The notes beneath the pieces are model-generated. The model was not told the DNA's origin and ran no database searches. It saw only the letters and a program-made list of their open reading frames with translations. A stretch of 9,774 nucleotides of DNA from Octopus sinensis (lineage: Eukaryota): contig NW_021827759.1 in assembly GCF_006345805.1 (NCBI RefSeq), forward strand, positions 1 through 9,774, written 5' to 3'. Both the position numbers and the translations under genes were made by a program. Below are positions 7,881 to 9,774 of this stretch, one piece after another; the first letter of the stretch is position 1, and the number at the start of each line of letters is the position of its first letter.

Positions 7881-7972
7881 GTATGTACACATGCGCATAA
7901 GTGCGGTAGAAATCTCTTACATCCCTGATTGAGTAGACATACTCAAGGTAATACTTAGTACTTTAAGCTGTA

Positions 7973-8259
7973 TGAAGGCACATGGCCTAGTGGTTAGAGT
8001 AGCAGACTCGCGGTCGAGGGATCGCGGGTTCGAATCTCAGACCGGGTAATGTGTGTGTTTATGAGCGGAACACCTAAGCTCCACGCGGCTCCGGCAGAAG
8101 GTAATGGTGAACTTTTGCCACAACTTTCTCTCATTCTTTCCTCCTGCATCTTGCAGCTCACCTGCGACGGACCGGCGTCCCGTCCAGGTGGGGAACCTAT
8201 ACGTTAAGGAAACCGAGAAACCGGCCTTTATGAGCCAGGCATGGCTCGAGAAGGAACAA
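7973..8259 (+). mobile_element. Full-length tRNA-derived SINE, family A relative, copy 3 (tail type 3), with 13-bp TSD
   Basis: Flanked by ACTTTAAGCTGTA at 7960-7972 and 8260-8272. It has intact A and B boxes, the shared family A body, and CCTGCGACGGACCGGCGTCCCGTCCAGG (8161-8188) resembling the Meta/V-SINE motif. Confidence 0.92.
7983..8036 (+). promoter_or_regulatory. Internal RNA polymerase III type 2 promoter (A and B boxes) of the SINE
   Basis: TGGCCTAGTGG (7983-7993) and GGTTCGAATC (8027-8036) match tRNA box consensuses at tRNA-like spacing. Activity is untested. Confidence 0.7.
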
Positions 8260-8349
8260 ACTTTAAGCTGTACATTCAATATTCCAGTTATTAAATTAGG
8301 TAATGTCATATAGTAGTGGTACATTTCTTTTGGTATTCTTGTATACATC

Positions 8350-9774
8350 TAGTCTTACCTTGAAGAAATACTAGGGTGAACTGAGCCGTAAGTGTTATTA
8401 GTGACATTGGTCGAGATAATTCTGCAGGTAAGTCAGCTTCAGCGTGTGCCTGTGCATTACCAGTGACGTCATCTCGAGATCACCACGAAGTAAGCGTAAG
8501 CGTTGTCACCGGATGTATTCCGTGACTAGCAGAACCTGAACCTTTTCTTTCCATAGGAAGTGAGAAAGCATGTACTCCACTCTGATGAGAGTACTCTGCA
8601 TCTTGCTTCGAGAGTCGCAGCATGGTGTACTTAAGTGCACCACCGTTTTCGGTACATTGGTTGCCTCGAACAGTCGAGATAAGCCAATGGAAAGCGACAT
8701 AAATTTGTTTGGAGTGGAATAGCGCGTGTTTGTCCATCAAAGTCTGAATTGTGACTTTTTGGCCATATTACGCCTCTGTCACCCTAGTCAACTGAATAGC
8801 TTTTGTCCCTTTGTGTTTTAGATCATATGCCTTAATTTTGTCAACAAAATCTTCGTGTCTCGTTTTGAAGAAGTTATCGGCGTTCATTGTTAGCGCCTTT
8901 CGCAATCGCCTCTCCTAATTTTCGCACTAGTGTCCTAAACCTTTTTCTTTATAACAGGCTAAACTTATTCTTTTGTAATCGCCTTCCATGGTGCATTCCA
9001 TCAGTGTTTATTAACGATCGGCTCCTTTAACTATCACTTAATCAGTTCTCTAATTCGACGGCGGTAAATCTTTTCACATTGGGAATCTTGCGTTCAGTTA
9101 TCAGTTGCTGGTTTTTGCTGAGGAGTTCACTCTGGTTCGATCGTATAGACTACTTATCGGTGAATTATGTAGCCGACCTGTTGAAAGTGTGGTCACTTTG
9201 CACTATCTCTGTCTGTTGTCCTAACAAATACTCTATCTACAAATGATCTGCCTGATCCATAGCAGTTGCTCCATAACTACACTACTATCACATTCAGGAA
9301 ATTCAGTTGGTACCTGTCAGACAGTTGGAACTATCTGAGCGCATTTGAGAGGATTTTACACCCCTTTCCTATCGGTTAACTCCTGATGTGTGTGTCTAAA
9401 ATGTGATTACAGTCCTGATAATATTAAAAAGCAGGATGTTCCTTCAGACAATTCTAGATCTGAATAATTCCTGTTGTCCAACAGAATATAGACAACACTA
9501 ATTTCGCTACTAAACTCACCATGTTACATACTATCCAATTTCAAGAAGATCACTCGTGTCTCAAGATCCAAACTTTTCCGAAACAACACTCCTAACTTGT
9601 CCCCCCTCCCCCGATCCAGGCCGACTAAGAGATGTGCACAGCTTGTTGTCAAGGATAGACGAAGTAGATTTGGAATGGAAATCAAGGCCTCACTGTTGAC
9701 TATCATATGTATATTAGTAACCTGAGTTCATTGAGCATGTACCTTGTTTCCAAAACCGACTCTATAGCAGGTCA
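8350..9774 (-). mobile_element. Decayed Tx1/L1-clade LINE ORF2: APE endonuclease and linker joined to the post-RT region; runs off the window edge
   Basis: Minus strand, in order: GVLFRKSLDL (about 9592-9562), ILSG/DCNHILD (9414-9394, cf. GDxN), WSNCYGSGRSFVDRVFVR (9246-9220, cf. SRIDY), GYIIH (cf. SDH), **LNA (cf. WKLN), KQIYVAF, RLF (8676-8668), MLSHFLWKEK (FLW 8559-8551), GDLEMTSLVMHRHTLKL. Many stops and frameshifts. Confidence 0.75.

Noticed and set aside
8582-8615. CTGATGAG-AGTA-CTC hammerhead-like start (similar CTGATGA near 4757 and 5588)
   Set aside because: There is no downstream GAAA at the required position, and the sites lie within decayed retroelement coding sequence.

Overview
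This is eukaryotic, AT-rich, repeat-dominated DNA with no supportable protein-coding gene, structural RNA gene or CRISPR array. The repeat content resembles an octopus or other coleoid cephalopod genome; that assignment is my inference from recalled repeat sequences, not a database result. About a fifth of the window is simple repeats, which generate most of the supplied ORFs. The rest is mostly tRNA-derived SINEs and decayed retroelement coding fragments. The SINEs carry CORE-like, Nin/Deu-like and Meta/V-like central motifs, and one has a perfect 13-bp target-site duplication. The coding fragments are: two diverged Ty3/Gypsy-like RT fragments in a tail-to-tail inverted arrangement (about 290-1250), a probable Penelope-like fragment (about 4050-4880), and two Tx1/L1-clade LINE pieces in opposite orientations (5567-6130 plus; 8350-9774 minus, lacking its RT core). 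I found no convincing new biological system. The best leads are the mirror-image RT pair with synonymous-biased divergence, the RT-less Tx1 element, and SINE module swapping. All family names come from motif recognition by eye and need Dfam/Repbase or HMM confirmation.
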